IMG/VR virus record: IMGVR_UViG_3300024054_000008
Coordinates: 118,740-182,739 of that record
From: a virus
Reading direction: 5' to 3' (one strand)
Length of the DNA: 64,000 nt
A program made the position numbers and the translations under genes. Below are positions 8,755 to 16,977 of the stretch, in pieces (within the stretch, counting starts at the first letter, position 1; every line of letters begins with the position of its first letter). The notes under the pieces were generated by a model. The model ran no database searches, had not been told where the DNA came from, and was given only the letters and a program-made list of their open reading frames with translations.

Positions 8755-9793
8755 GAATGTTTCCTGATTGGTCTAAAAAGGCGATGAAACCGTGAGAAGC
8801 GATGTTGAACGGTGGGCTGGTGTTTCGAAAGGTGTCGCGAAGCGTGCCGGGCGGGGCGTAAGGGAGCGTGTTGACGTTCGGAAGAAACTCATGAAGGTGA
8901 AGGGCTGCGATGGCGTTTGGATGTTCGGATAAAACGGAAGCTAAAAGAGGGGCGTTCATGGTTGCCTTTCCGGTGTCTGTATAAATGGTTCTTTTTTGAT
9001 GATTGACGTGAACTAAAACGCAGTTGGAAGAAAGAATGTCGATTGTTTTCTTTCTTGGCGTCATTAAAAAGAAATTTGGTTGGGTTGGAACGCGAATTGC
9101 TATTGAACCGAAAACTTTGTTGTTTTTTAAAAACCTGTGCCTGAATTTGTCTAGAAATTTATTTATCAAAATTTCCGATTCAAAATTTGGATTTCTGTGA
9201 AGAACGCCTTGGATTGTGGTGAAATGAACGTCGGTTAGGATTTCTGTTAAGGCGTTGAAAAGTTGATCGAAGGCGTTTTCAAACGTTAAAACGGCGCCGT
9301 CCGGGAAAACGAGAAATTTGGTTTTGAGGTTTGAAAGGTCGTTTGCGACGACGGCGCTTGCGCGACTGCGTTCAATGAGATGCTGAGCTTTTTCAATGGT
9401 TGATTCTGGGGTTTCCTGCGAAGTTAATTTGCAACCTATGACGCAAAGTTTCGGATTGATTTTTCGAATTTCGTCGATGACGTAAGGAGTTCGAACGAGC
9501 TTGACGTTAACGTGATCGAGGTCGGTTGGCATTTTGCCGTTAAAAATGACTTCTGGCATGTAGTTGATGACGGCTGCGGCCATGACGGCGCCGTTCAAGG
9601 TTGGAACTTGGTTTAAGACGAAGTTTTTATAGGATTCAATGTCTAGATTTTCGGCTAAGACGACTTCGTGGCCGAGTGATTTCAAGTGGTTGTGAAATGA
9701 TTTTGCCCAAAGGCCACGTGCGCGGTTCGTGAAGATTTTATTGTCGTCAAGTTTTGCGAAAACTGGGCCGGCAGTTACGAGAAACTTTCCCAT
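8744..9793 (-). CDS. CoaB-like (phosphopantothenate-cysteine ligase fold) domain fused to class II aldolase/adducin-like domain
   Basis: FLVTAGP..LDDNKIFTNRARG, AVMAAAVINY, IGCKLT, VVANDL resemble CoaB; FGSIAIR..MTPR..LHLH..YAPPGT..SHG resemble class II aldolases. Confidence 0.7.
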   Translation of the reverse strand: MGKFLVTAGPVFAKLDDNKIFTNRARGLWAKSFHNHLKSLGHEVVLAENLDIESYKNFVLNQVPTLNGAVMAAAVINYMPEVIFNGKMPTDLDHVNVKLVRTPYVIDEIRKINPKLCVIGCKLTSQETPESTIEKAQHLIERSRASAVVANDLSNLKTKFLVFPDGAVLTFENAFDQLFNALTEILTDVHFTTIQGVLHRNPNFESEILINKFLDKFRHRFLKNNKVFGSIAIRVPTQPNFFLMTPRKKTIDILSSNCVLVHVNHQKRTIYTDTGKATMNAPLLASVLSEHPNAIAALHLHEFLPNVNTLPYAPPGTLRDTFRNTSPPFNIASHGFIAFLDQSGNILGI

Positions 9794-9806
9794 AAAAATG
9801 TGTACA

Positions 9807-10475
9807 TTTCAGATAAATTGATTTCCTGTAATTAAGCACAAGTACAGCCAGACCTGATCCAAAGCGGTGTACATATACCGGGTTAGTGCCCGTCGGGGGC
9901 TTCGTTCATGGAATTGCGTCTGACTGGTTTTCAATGTCTTGCCTGCCGCGCTCTACATCTTCTCGCCGGTCTTGGCGTTCACGATCTCGACTGTGTCGAA
10001 AACCATAATGGAGTCCGACTCGCCTCCTTGATGGTAAGCGTCGTATCCCTCTTTCTGCAGGCGCTCGAAAAACCCGTCGTTGACGGCTTTCCGCATCCCC
10101 TCATAGCTGTAGTACTCATGGAACTCGTCCTCGGTCGGCTCGTACGGATTCTTCACGTTTATCCAGCAGGTTAGGACCTCACCCTGCTGCTTTTTCCCTG
10201 TGTACAGGTCGTCGACCCATCCCTCCTCTCCTGAGAACCAAACTCCGGACGCTGGGCGCCGGAACTTGGTGACTCCCTTCGTCGGGGTCCCGTGGTACAC
10301 GGGGTACGGGATCTTGGATCCTGAGAACGGGTTCGGGACGAGATCCTTGCCTTGGTTTGCGGAGACCAGACGTGCGGCGATTGATGGTAAGCGCATAAAT
10401 GCAACGCAACATAACAAAGTTAGTGGACGAAATGCGTTTTCTGTCTTCTTTTTCAGATAAATTGATTTCCTGTAA
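9807..10475 (+). repeat. 25-bp perfect direct repeat (9807-9831 and 10451-10475) flanking the ART-like gene
   Basis: tttcagataaattgatttcctgtaa at both positions. Confidence 0.9.
9953..10396 (-). CDS. ADP-ribosyltransferase-like protein (polyvalent-protein ART type)
   Basis: VYHGT...GVWFS...WINVKNPY...GYDA motifs; probable start MRLPSIAARLVSA. Confidence 0.6.
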   Translation of the reverse strand: MRLPSIAARLVSANQGKDLVPNPFSGSKIPYPVYHGTPTKGVTKFRRPASGVWFSGEEGWVDDLYTGKKQQGEVLTCWINVKNPYEPTEDEFHEYYSYEGMRKAVNDGFFERLQKEGYDAYHQGGESDSIMVFDTVEIVNAKTGEKM

Positions 10476-10483
10476 ATTGATGT

Positions 10484-10996
10484 GTGAAATTTGTTGTTTT
10501 AAGTCGAGCTGGAATTGAAAGTTTTGAACCGCTAAATGTTATGCATATTATTATTAGCGTTTCGACGCCAAATTATTACTATGGACCTGAAAAGTTGCCG
10601 AAAAATGGGTTTACGCTTGGGATTTTGAGGTTGTCGTTTCATGAACGGTATGACATTGAAGCAATTGACGAAGCGAGTGTTAAATATTGTGAAAAGTCAA
10701 AAAAGTTGATTGAAGCTAAAGAAGCGTTTTCGGAGGAAACTGCGAAAACTGTGTTAGATTTTGTCAGAAATTATAAGGACAAGGAAATTGAAACTATCAT
10801 AATTCATTGTGACGCTGGGTTGGCAAGATCGCCGGCTATGGCGGCCGGACTGGCAAACACGATGTTCAAAAATGAAGAAAATGTTTTTTACGCAAGGCGT
10901 TATATGGAAGATGGGCTGTGTGTTTTTAACCCGTTAGAGTGGAAAAGACATGAAGCTTGTTTCAAATTTATCAATGAGGCGTATGATGAAACGTGA
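10484..10996 (+). CDS. Protein-tyrosine / dual-specificity phosphatase-like protein
   Basis: CX5R loop IIHCDAGLARS; IISVS and LRLSFHE upstream. Confidence 0.85.
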   Translation: MKFVVLSRAGIESFEPLNVMHIIISVSTPNYYYGPEKLPKNGFTLGILRLSFHERYDIEAIDEASVKYCEKSKKLIEAKEAFSEETAKTVLDFVRNYKDKEIETIIIHCDAGLARSPAMAAGLANTMFKNEENVFYARRYMEDGLCVFNPLEWKRHEACFKFINEAYDET

Positions 10997-11174
10997 ACGC
11001 GATGTTACTGAAGAGGGCTGGCACCGAATGGTGGTTAGTGTGATTTTAGGTTGGCCAATTCACTGGTGTGAAGGTTGTGGAGCTGTTGTTGTCAAAGATG
11101 AAGTTTCCAAGAGTCCGCGGGATCAATATCAAGGCTTGATTGTGAAACTTGGCAGCTCAGAAAGAAAGACATGA
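10983..11174 (+). CDS. Small hypothetical protein (CxxC)
   Basis: HWCEGCG; overlaps upstream stop. Confidence 0.45.
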   Translation: MMKRERDVTEEGWHRMVVSVILGWPIHWCEGCGAVVVKDEVSKSPRDQYQGLIVKLGSSERKT

Positions 11175-11210
11175 AATGGTGGCTAAAAGCTACGGGGTTT
11201 GGTTGGTTTC

Positions 11211-11453
11211 ATGCCCGAAGAAATCGAAGCGGAAAGCTGTTCAATTTTAAGAAAGAATCTTTGGTGGTTGATACGGGCCGAAGAAGAAATTGATTCAGCT
11301 GGTGGAAGATGCGTTTCAATTATGAAAACTGTAAATGAAGCCGAAGGATTGGCAGCCTCTTTAGAGGGATTGGGTGTGAGGCAGAGCCGGAGAAATTGCG
11401 GAATGGCCTTGATAAACTGTGGAAGGGACCCAAAAGACGTATATATCTATTAA
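11211..11453 (+). CDS. Hypothetical protein
   Basis: ORF; start uncertain. Confidence 0.4.
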   Translation: MPEEIEAESCSILRKNLWWLIRAEEEIDSAGGRCVSIMKTVNEAEGLAASLEGLGVRQSRRNCGMALINCGRDPKDVYIY

Positions 11454-11907
11454 AATTTCGTCTCAAAAAAAGTTATATGTCAAGAAAAAACTTACAAACT
11501 GTCAAAAAAGTTTTTATCAAGTTCGACTGTTCCGCCCTCAAGAGGATAATAATTTGGGGGCGCAGAATAAATCAAATGTTGAATCAGCGATTTGGCACTT
11601 ACATTCTTTCCGAAGGCCTCAACAATAAAATCGTTCTTAGAGAGAAACTCTAAATCGCCGTCGCTAGTTCTGGTCTTTACAATGGTGGATTTACCTGGAG
11701 CATCAACACGCCATGTTTGTTGAACTCGATTTTGATGTCCGACGGATGACTTTTGAAGGGTGACTATAATTGTTTCTTCGCTTGCCGCCAAATGACGAAC
11801 GGCTGCTCTCTTTGCTATTTCACTCATAATTGTGCTTCTTGATAAGAATTACAACGGGACCCGAAAAGACGTATGTATCATTGAAATTTTCTCACTAAAA
11901 AATTTTA
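11408..11907 (+). repeat. Imperfect ~65-bp direct repeat (about 11408-11476 and 11838-11907) flanking 11492..11827
   Basis: cttgataa...gggaccc(g)aaaagacgtat(a/g)tatc...aaattt..aaaaaa at both sites. Confidence 0.8.
11492..11827 (-). CDS. Hypothetical protein with basic helical N-terminal motif
   Basis: MSEIAKRAAVRHLAA start. Confidence 0.7.
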   Translation of the reverse strand: MSEIAKRAAVRHLAASEETIIVTLQKSSVGHQNRVQQTWRVDAPGKSTIVKTRTSDGDLEFLSKNDFIVEAFGKNVSAKSLIQHLIYSAPPNYYPLEGGTVELDKNFFDSL

Positions 11908-12258
11908 AAGTTGGTCTCATATCATGAAGTTGGAGATTCGTTTATTGCATCTCTATCCAATACTATGAGTCTTTGAGTGATTTTTGAATTTATTTGATTT
12001 ACTTTAATGAAAATTTGTTCAGTATGTTTAGAACCCAAAAGAAGAAAAAAGAACGTGGGGATCGGACCACCCACTTCGCGTCCGGAGAACCTGTCTCTCC
12101 TGCACGCATGCGGTTTCTCCTATAAAAAGGATTACATCGAGATCTACTCCATTTACCCTATACTATATGCCATATACTATCCCCCATACTATCTAATACA
12201 TACCATCTAGTGCCATTTCCCGGTGTTTCACGTGGAACGCTGACGCACCGCGTCATTT

Positions 12259-12378
12259 CGGAAATCCGGGCGGGTCCGGCGTATCTGGTTTTGGGCGCGA
12301 CGCGGCGAGCGGCGCGGCGCCCGCCGGGATGGGCCCGGCGGAGATCGCGCGGCTCGCGGCGTATCGCCTCTCGGAGGT
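12259..12378 (+). promoter_or_regulatory. Two tandem ECF-like promoters (CGGAAA-N15-CGTA 12259-12283; CGGAGA-N15-CGTA 12339-12363) plus SD GGAGGT
   Basis: Exact matches to the window-wide motif. Confidence 0.7.
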
Positions 12379-12385
12379 TGAGACA

Positions 12386-12748
12386 ATGACCAATTCCAAC
12401 AACTACCCCTTCCTGTCCAAGGCCCAGATCGTCGCCAAGCTGGAGAGCGAGCCCGACTTCGTCAAGCAGGCCTGCCTCATCCTGACCTCGCGCCAGACCG
12501 AGGACGAGCTGGCCTCCCACGACACCAAGTGGAAGAACCGCCGCGGCTGGATGTCCTCGCACGCCCACTTCGGCACCGCCTGCGCCGAGAAGATCGCCCG
12601 CGACGAGGAGCTGACCGACGCCGAGCTGGCGAAGCTCACCGGGATGGTCTGCAAGTACCGCAAGCAGCTCGCGGCCCACTTCCGCGCCGAGGCCCTGGAG
12701 GCCAACCCCGACCTGGCCGACGCCGGCAAGATCTTCGGGGTCTGCTGA
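12386..12748 (+). CDS. GC-rich hypothetical protein, paralog of 27926..28288
   Basis: MTNSNNYPFL...WKNRRGWMSSHA...LAAHFRA.A.EANP.L.DAG..FGVC shared; SD GGAGGT. Confidence 0.85.
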   Translation: MTNSNNYPFLSKAQIVAKLESEPDFVKQACLILTSRQTEDELASHDTKWKNRRGWMSSHAHFGTACAEKIARDEELTDAELAKLTGMVCKYRKQLAAHFRAEALEANPDLADAGKIFGVC

Positions 12749-12756
12749 GATCGTGA

Positions 12757-12795
12757 CCCGACCCCCCGGGCTGGCGCAGGCTGGCCCGGGGGCTC
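12757..12795 (+). terminator. GC-rich hairpin after 12386..12748
   Basis: cccccgggc...gcccggggg. Confidence 0.55.
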
Positions 12796-12803
12796 TGGCA
12801 TGC

Positions 12804-13159
12804 CATACCTCTGAAGCAGACACAACAGGCGTCGTACCTCGAAAGTCTGCACACTGGCACCTCGCTGGCTCATCCTCTGGGCTCAGCGTCAGCTATATTT
12901 GCGAGCCATCCGGCTAACTCGACGCGGTCCGACCGTACCATGTCCGGTCCGAAGGCCGGTTTCACAGGCGTACCTCCGAGAGGCGATGCTGGCTCATCCG
13001 CCGCGGTTACCTCGAAGGTCTGGCACCTAGGTTTGAATCTACCACGCCTCTTGGCTCACCGGCTCACGCCTCACGCCTCTTGGGGCCAGGCTTCAGGAAA
13101 TGCCAGGCTCACGAGCCTAGGCGCGCGACAACCCATGGCATATCTGCTTCAAAGGTATG
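12804..13159. repeat. Non-coding region bounded by 17-nt inverted repeats with internal TACCTC/GGCTCA repeats
   Basis: catacctctgaagcaga (12804-12820) vs tctgcttcaaaggtatg (13143-13159), one mismatch. Confidence 0.7.
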
Positions 13160-13436
13160 CCATATGCTTGCAAAAGGTATCTTCTGAATACTCTTTCAAA
13201 GAATTATCTGAAAGAATCTTCTTTTAGGTGATCCGTTTAAAAACAAACTGTTTAAAATAAGAATTTAAGGCGAAGGTATGACATACCTTCGCCAAATGTG
13301 TATGTAATATTTCTTTTAAAATTATCATATAACTTGTAGATGTCTGAATTATTTGCTCCTTTGGTTGTTCCACATCTACAAGGAGATGACTTTGTTGAAC
13401 GGTTCTTTATTTTTGATCATAAATATATAACATATT

Positions 13437-13988
13437 TCAGCAATTTACCAGGTATTCTGTCTTAATTTCTCTGATAATTTGGTCCAAATCCTCATCCGTG
13501 ATGAGGTGAGAAGCATCTCTCCTCAAAATCGAACAGATTCCTTCCCTGAGTTGCTTCAGCAGGCCGGCCCGCGTGTTTTCTTCCCACTCCTTGAGAAGAG
13601 TTTCGCGATCGATTTTGAGATTGTCACGATAAATCTTGCCAGCTTTGATTATTTCTTTTGCCTTAGCATTCAAGGCCTCAAGAACAATCATAGGCTGTGC
13701 TCTGTAGTCAAAGTATTCTTCGTGAATTCTGTCTGAATAATATGAGAAAAAAACAGTTGTCAGTGCTTCTGAATACAGGTTGTATTCAATCTTATCTGAC
13801 ACAGCATCGACTTCGAAGTCGACCAAATAGCTGGTATTCTCTGAGCGGTTGTGAAAGAAAATTTCAACAACAACTTCGCCTCGGTCGTCCACTGAAATGA
13901 AATGTGAAAATGTGAAGTTGAAGTCTTGTATGGCTTCGGCGATCTTTGAAATTGTGTCGTCTTCGTATGGGATTACAGAATTAGACAT
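13437..13988 (-). CDS. Hypothetical protein, extended C-terminal module and tag (TEYLVNC)
   Basis: ITDEDLDQIIREIKTEYLVNC. Confidence 0.75.
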   Translation of the reverse strand: MSNSVIPYEDDTISKIAEAIQDFNFTFSHFISVDDRGEVVVEIFFHNRSENTSYLVDFEVDAVSDKIEYNLYSEALTTVFFSYYSDRIHEEYFDYRAQPMIVLEALNAKAKEIIKAGKIYRDNLKIDRETLLKEWEENTRAGLLKQLREGICSILRRDASHLITDEDLDQIIREIKTEYLVNC

Positions 13989-14029
13989 GGTATATACCTC
14001 TTCGATGTATGCCAGACCTCAGAAATGTA

Positions 14030-14263
14030 TCAGTAGTCTGGCTCGATCGGTTCGTCCACGTCGTTTTGGTCGTAGCCCGTCAAAATCTCGGGCCTGTACC
14101 GCGAGAGCTTCTCTTTTCGACAGTTGTCGCAAACGCGACAGAGCGGAATGCCCCGCGCATCACGCTCCCACCACGACGGCTCGGTTGAGACGGTTCCGCC
14201 AACGCATTGATGTTCACGCGCCATACGCAGCCTCCACGGCCCAATACGCGCGAAATCTGACAA
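14030..14263 (-). CDS. Small Cys-containing phage hypothetical protein
   Basis: WWERDARGIPLCRVCDNC. Confidence 0.6.
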   Translation of the reverse strand: MSDFARIGPWRLRMAREHQCVGGTVSTEPSWWERDARGIPLCRVCDNCRKEKLSRYRPEILTGYDQNDVDEPIEPDY

Positions 14264-14278
14264 TTTGCGCTGACTAAG

Positions 14279-14602
14279 TCAAATTTCGAGCAATTCCCCA
14301 GTTTCCTGTTCTTGTTGTAGAACTTCGATGTGATGGCTGAAAACCTCAGATATTGAAACTGCTAGTTCTTTGCCACAATTAAGTTTCTCGTGAATATAAG
14401 TCCAATCTAGGTAACGAGTGGTGCCATGAACCAGCAAACATTTATGAAAATTCACAACAGAAACAATGAGTTCGTGGCCTTCTGGCGATTTACGCGACAT
14501 TGTGATTTCGACAATCAGTCGCGTACCATTGCCAGGACTGTAGTAGTACCGACAGGTCCTAGTTTGGAAAGATGTACCATATATTTTGGCAATATCAATC
14601 AA
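14279..14602 (-). CDS. Hypothetical protein, C-terminal tag (TGELLEI)
   Basis: ORF with signature. Confidence 0.65.
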   Translation of the reverse strand: MIDIAKIYGTSFQTRTCRYYYSPGNGTRLIVEITMSRKSPEGHELIVSVVNFHKCLLVHGTTRYLDWTYIHEKLNCGKELAVSISEVFSHHIEVLQQEQETGELLEI

Positions 14603-14666
14603 TTTATTTGAATATCCGCTCGGAGTCCCATGTTTGGGGCAACGCTCGAACCACGGCGGTGTCCAA

Positions 14667-14927
14667 TCACCGGGACAGCTTCTTCGCGCACGGATCGCAG
14701 ACCGTGATGTTGATGGGGCGACACGATGAACTCTCGCACGAGGCGTAGCAGAAGCTGTCGCCGCACGGCCCCATGTAGTTCTTGGTGTAGACTTCGCGGC
14801 GGCGCGTGGAGGCGTGACGCTTCTTGCACTTCTGACACGTGTGTGTGAAGTCCAACTTCAAACGAACCGGCTTCGGCTTCGGCTTCGGCTTCGGCTTCGG
14901 CTTCGGCTTCGGCTGTTTTTTCGTCAT
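14667..14927 (-). CDS. Basic Cys-rich protein with (PK)n N-terminus
   Basis: KPKPKP run; CxxC pairs. Confidence 0.6.
   Translation of the reverse strand: MTKKQPKPKPKPKPKPKPKPVRLKLDFTHTCQKCKKRHASTRRREVYTKNYMGPCGDSFCYASCESSSCRPINITVCDPCAKKLSR
14869..14914 (+). repeat. Hexanucleotide microsatellite (GGCTTC)x7
   Basis: Direct reading. Confidence 0.95.
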
Positions 14928-14930
14928 GGC

Positions 14931-15368
14931 TTAGCCCTTCAAAACCTCTTCGGCTTTCTTGTTGTTTTTCACGTACTTTTTTACAACTTGGCCGTTCTTC
15001 TTCCACCACTCGGTGGCAAGAACCAGGTCGCCCAGAGTCTTCAAGTACGGGCCGTAACTAGTGTCGTCAGGTCTAAACTCAGCAAGAACGAAGGCCCCAA
15101 AACTTCCCTGGCAGGCCAGTTCCTGTGCCTGTTTCCACAACGGGTGGTGGAACACCGACTCACTGTAGCCGTCACGGTGGTTTGAGAACCAAACCCCGAG
15201 GTTTGTCGAACTGACACTTTTTGGACAACAGTCTTCGGCCCGAACGCGTGTGAGTTGTTCTTCCACGTAGGCCAAGCCTTCGCGCTCGACCCACCAGTCA
15301 AACAACTTCCGCGTCAGGCCGCTTCCGAAACCTTCGGCTTTTGAAAGTCCAAAGTAACCCACGCTCAC
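14931..15368 (-). CDS. Hypothetical protein
   Basis: GTG start with GGAGGT SD, behind promoter at 15382-15406. Confidence 0.75.
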   Translation of the reverse strand: MSVGYFGLSKAEGFGSGLTRKLFDWWVEREGLAYVEEQLTRVRAEDCCPKSVSSTNLGVWFSNHRDGYSESVFHHPLWKQAQELACQGSFGAFVLAEFRPDDTSYGPYLKTLGDLVLATEWWKKNGQVVKKYVKNNKKAEEVLKG

Positions 15369-15381
15369 CTCCGGCGCTCGG

Positions 15382-15406
15382 TACGGCCGAGCCGTGCTAG
15401 CTTCCG
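15382..15406 (-). promoter_or_regulatory. ECF-like promoter CGGAAG-N15-CGTA
   Basis: Motif match followed by GGAGGT. Confidence 0.7.
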
Positions 15407-15415
15407 GTCAAGGAG

Positions 15416-15455
15416 GGGCCCCGGGAAGGAGAAGATGGGCCTCTCCTTCCCGGGG
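15416..15455. terminator. Hairpin between 15469 gene and next promoter
   Basis: gccccgggaagga...tccttcccggggc. Confidence 0.6.
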
Positions 15456-15468
15456 CTTTGTTGCGCGG

Positions 15469-15816
15469 TCACGAACCAGGGCAGTGCAGGTACACTCCCT
15501 GGAAGGTCTTGAGGTTTTCCGGGTCTCCGGTGAACCCGATGACCCGGTACTCACCGTCCTTGCACGGAGCGGGGGTCTTCTTGGTCTTGACGACCGGCTT
15601 GGCCATCTTACCCACGATGCGAACCTCGGGAAGCTCCACGACCACTTCGGAGGCCACGACGATGGGTTTCGCCTTCGGCAGGGCAGGAAGGCTGGCGAGC
15701 TGAGCCGGCTTGGGGCTCGTGAAGGCCATCGGGTTGGCCTGCATGTAGACGGCCGTTCCTGCCAGGGCGGTGGCCGGGATGAGAAGCAGAACCGATGCGA
15801 TCAACTTTCCGTTCAT
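15469..15816 (-). CDS. Exported Pro/Lys-rich protein with signal peptide
   Basis: MNGKLIASVLLLIPATALA; two C-terminal Cys; SD GGAGGT. Confidence 0.75.
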   Translation of the reverse strand: MNGKLIASVLLLIPATALAGTAVYMQANPMAFTSPKPAQLASLPALPKAKPIVVASEVVVELPEVRIVGKMAKPVVKTKKTPAPCKDGEYRVIGFTGDPENLKTFQGVYLHCPGS

Positions 15817-15838
15817 GGCGCGTACCTCCACCAGTCGG

Positions 15839-15863
15839 TACGCGCCATGAACGCTGATCTGCG
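15839..15863 (-). promoter_or_regulatory. ECF-like promoter CGCAGA-N15-CGTA
   Basis: Motif match followed by GGAGGT. Confidence 0.65.
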
Positions 15864-15889
15864 CTTGGCAGATCAGCCCGCGAGCTGGC

Positions 15890-16099
15890 TCACTCTTCGG
15901 AAACCGAGATCCGGAACCGCCGGACCTTTCCCTTGTGCCACTTACCGTGGCCGTCCTGCACCCAGGACGTCATCGTGACGGTCCCGTCCTTCAGGGTCCT
16001 CCCATCCCACTCGACACCTCCCTCAGTGAGGAGCCAGTCCCCGCGCGCCTCACACATCTCTCGGACAATCCCAGCCCTAATCTGCGACGCAAGCTTCAT
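15890..16099 (-). CDS. Small hypothetical protein
   Basis: MKLASQIRAG start with GGAGGT SD. Confidence 0.65.
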   Translation of the reverse strand: MKLASQIRAGIVREMCEARGDWLLTEGGVEWDGRTLKDGTVTMTSWVQDGHGKWHKGKVRRFRISVSEE

Positions 16100-16121
16100 G
16101 ACGCGTACCTCCGCCAGCTGG

Positions 16122-16146
16122 CACGTCAGCCGTTTGGTTGTTTTCG
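16122..16146 (-). promoter_or_regulatory. ECF-like promoter CGAAAA-N15-CGTG
   Basis: Related to copies at 16596-16620 and 16978-17002 (ccgaaaacaac). Confidence 0.6.
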
Positions 16147-16155
16147 GTTGGCGGG

Positions 16156-16575
16156 TCAGTCTTCCATGTCGCCTTCTTCGGCTTCGAACGCGTACCCGTC
16201 TCGGTAGAGATAGTTGTGTTCGTACCCGGTGAACTCTTCTTGGTACAGGTGGGCAAGGACCGTGCACATCGTGTCCTGGAATAGGGCCCACCTGTAACCT
16301 TCTGCCTTCTTCTTGTCGACGACGTCACCATTTCGCATGAGCACTCCGTCTTCGGACAGTTCCCACACGACCCGACCTGGGGTGATTTGCACCATGCCGT
16401 CTTTGATGCCACCCCACGTCTCTTCCTCGGTCACTCGGAACGAGATCTTGCGATGATCGGCTGACAAGACCTCGTACGTTCGCCGCACGGACGCACTGGG
16501 GTGAACCGGCTTGATGTGACAGTATTCCTTGACCGATTTGACCTGGACCCCAACAATCTTCTTTGAATTGCGCAT
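16156..16575 (-). CDS. Hypothetical protein
   Basis: MRNSKK start with SD, behind promoter. Confidence 0.75.
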   Translation of the reverse strand: MRNSKKIVGVQVKSVKEYCHIKPVHPSASVRRTYEVLSADHRKISFRVTEEETWGGIKDGMVQITPGRVVWELSEDGVLMRNGDVVDKKKAEGYRWALFQDTMCTVLAHLYQEEFTGYEHNYLYRDGYAFEAEEGDMED

Positions 16576-16595
16576 GCACAACCTCCACCGGCCGA

Positions 16596-16620
16596 TACGC
16601 TGACCAGCCAGTTGTTTTCG
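16596..16620 (-). promoter_or_regulatory. ECF-like promoter CGAAAA-N15-CGTA abutting the tRNA-Val 3' end
   Basis: Motif match followed by GGAGGT. Confidence 0.7.
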
Positions 16621-16621
16621 G

Positions 16622-16693
16622 TGGGCGGGACAGGTTTCGAACCTGCGACATCCGGCTTGTAAGGCCAGCGCTCTGCCGCTGAGCTACCCGCCC
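16622..16693 (-). tRNA. tRNA-Val(UAC)
   Basis: GGGCGGGTAGCTCAGCGGCAGAGCGCTGGCCTTACAAGCCGGATGTCGCAGGTTCGAAACCTGTCCCGCCCA cloverleaf. Confidence 0.95.
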
Positions 16694-16748
16694 AATTTTG
16701 GAACCTTATGGAAGGCTTCCAGGGCTACACCGTTACTGTATCATGAAA

Positions 16749-16855
16749 TGGCGGCCGACGCCCGACTCTCCCACGGAGCGTTCCACGGGTTAGGTTGCCC
16801 GCAGTCAGCTTTTCGCTTTCGCTTTATGCTAACTGCCTTTTACCGCTGGCCGGCC
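16749..16855 (-). ncRNA. Candidate tRNA-like structured RNA ending GCCA
   Basis: 7-bp GGCCGGC/GTCGGCC stem + G-CCA; 9-bp GCAGTTAGC/GCTGACTGC helix; GGGCAACC hairpin; CCCG/CGGG arm. Confidence 0.55.
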
Positions 16856-16977
16856 CCATCAAAACTGGATGCTTTTGTGGTCTTGGACACCGCAACGATC
16901 CGTCCTTGTGGTCAGACGAGCCAGGCACGGCCAAAGATTACGTCTTCGTCAACTTGCGCACAACCTCCAATGTCCGA

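Noticed and set aside
8744-9793. Gene symbol coaBC
   Set aside because: The flavin-binding CoaC domain is absent and the C-terminus is aldolase-like, so function cannot be assumed.
9807-11907. Integron attC sites or IS elements for the repeat-flanked genes
   Set aside because: The repeats are direct, lack the RYYYAAC/GTTRRRY inverted core, and no integrase or transposase is present.
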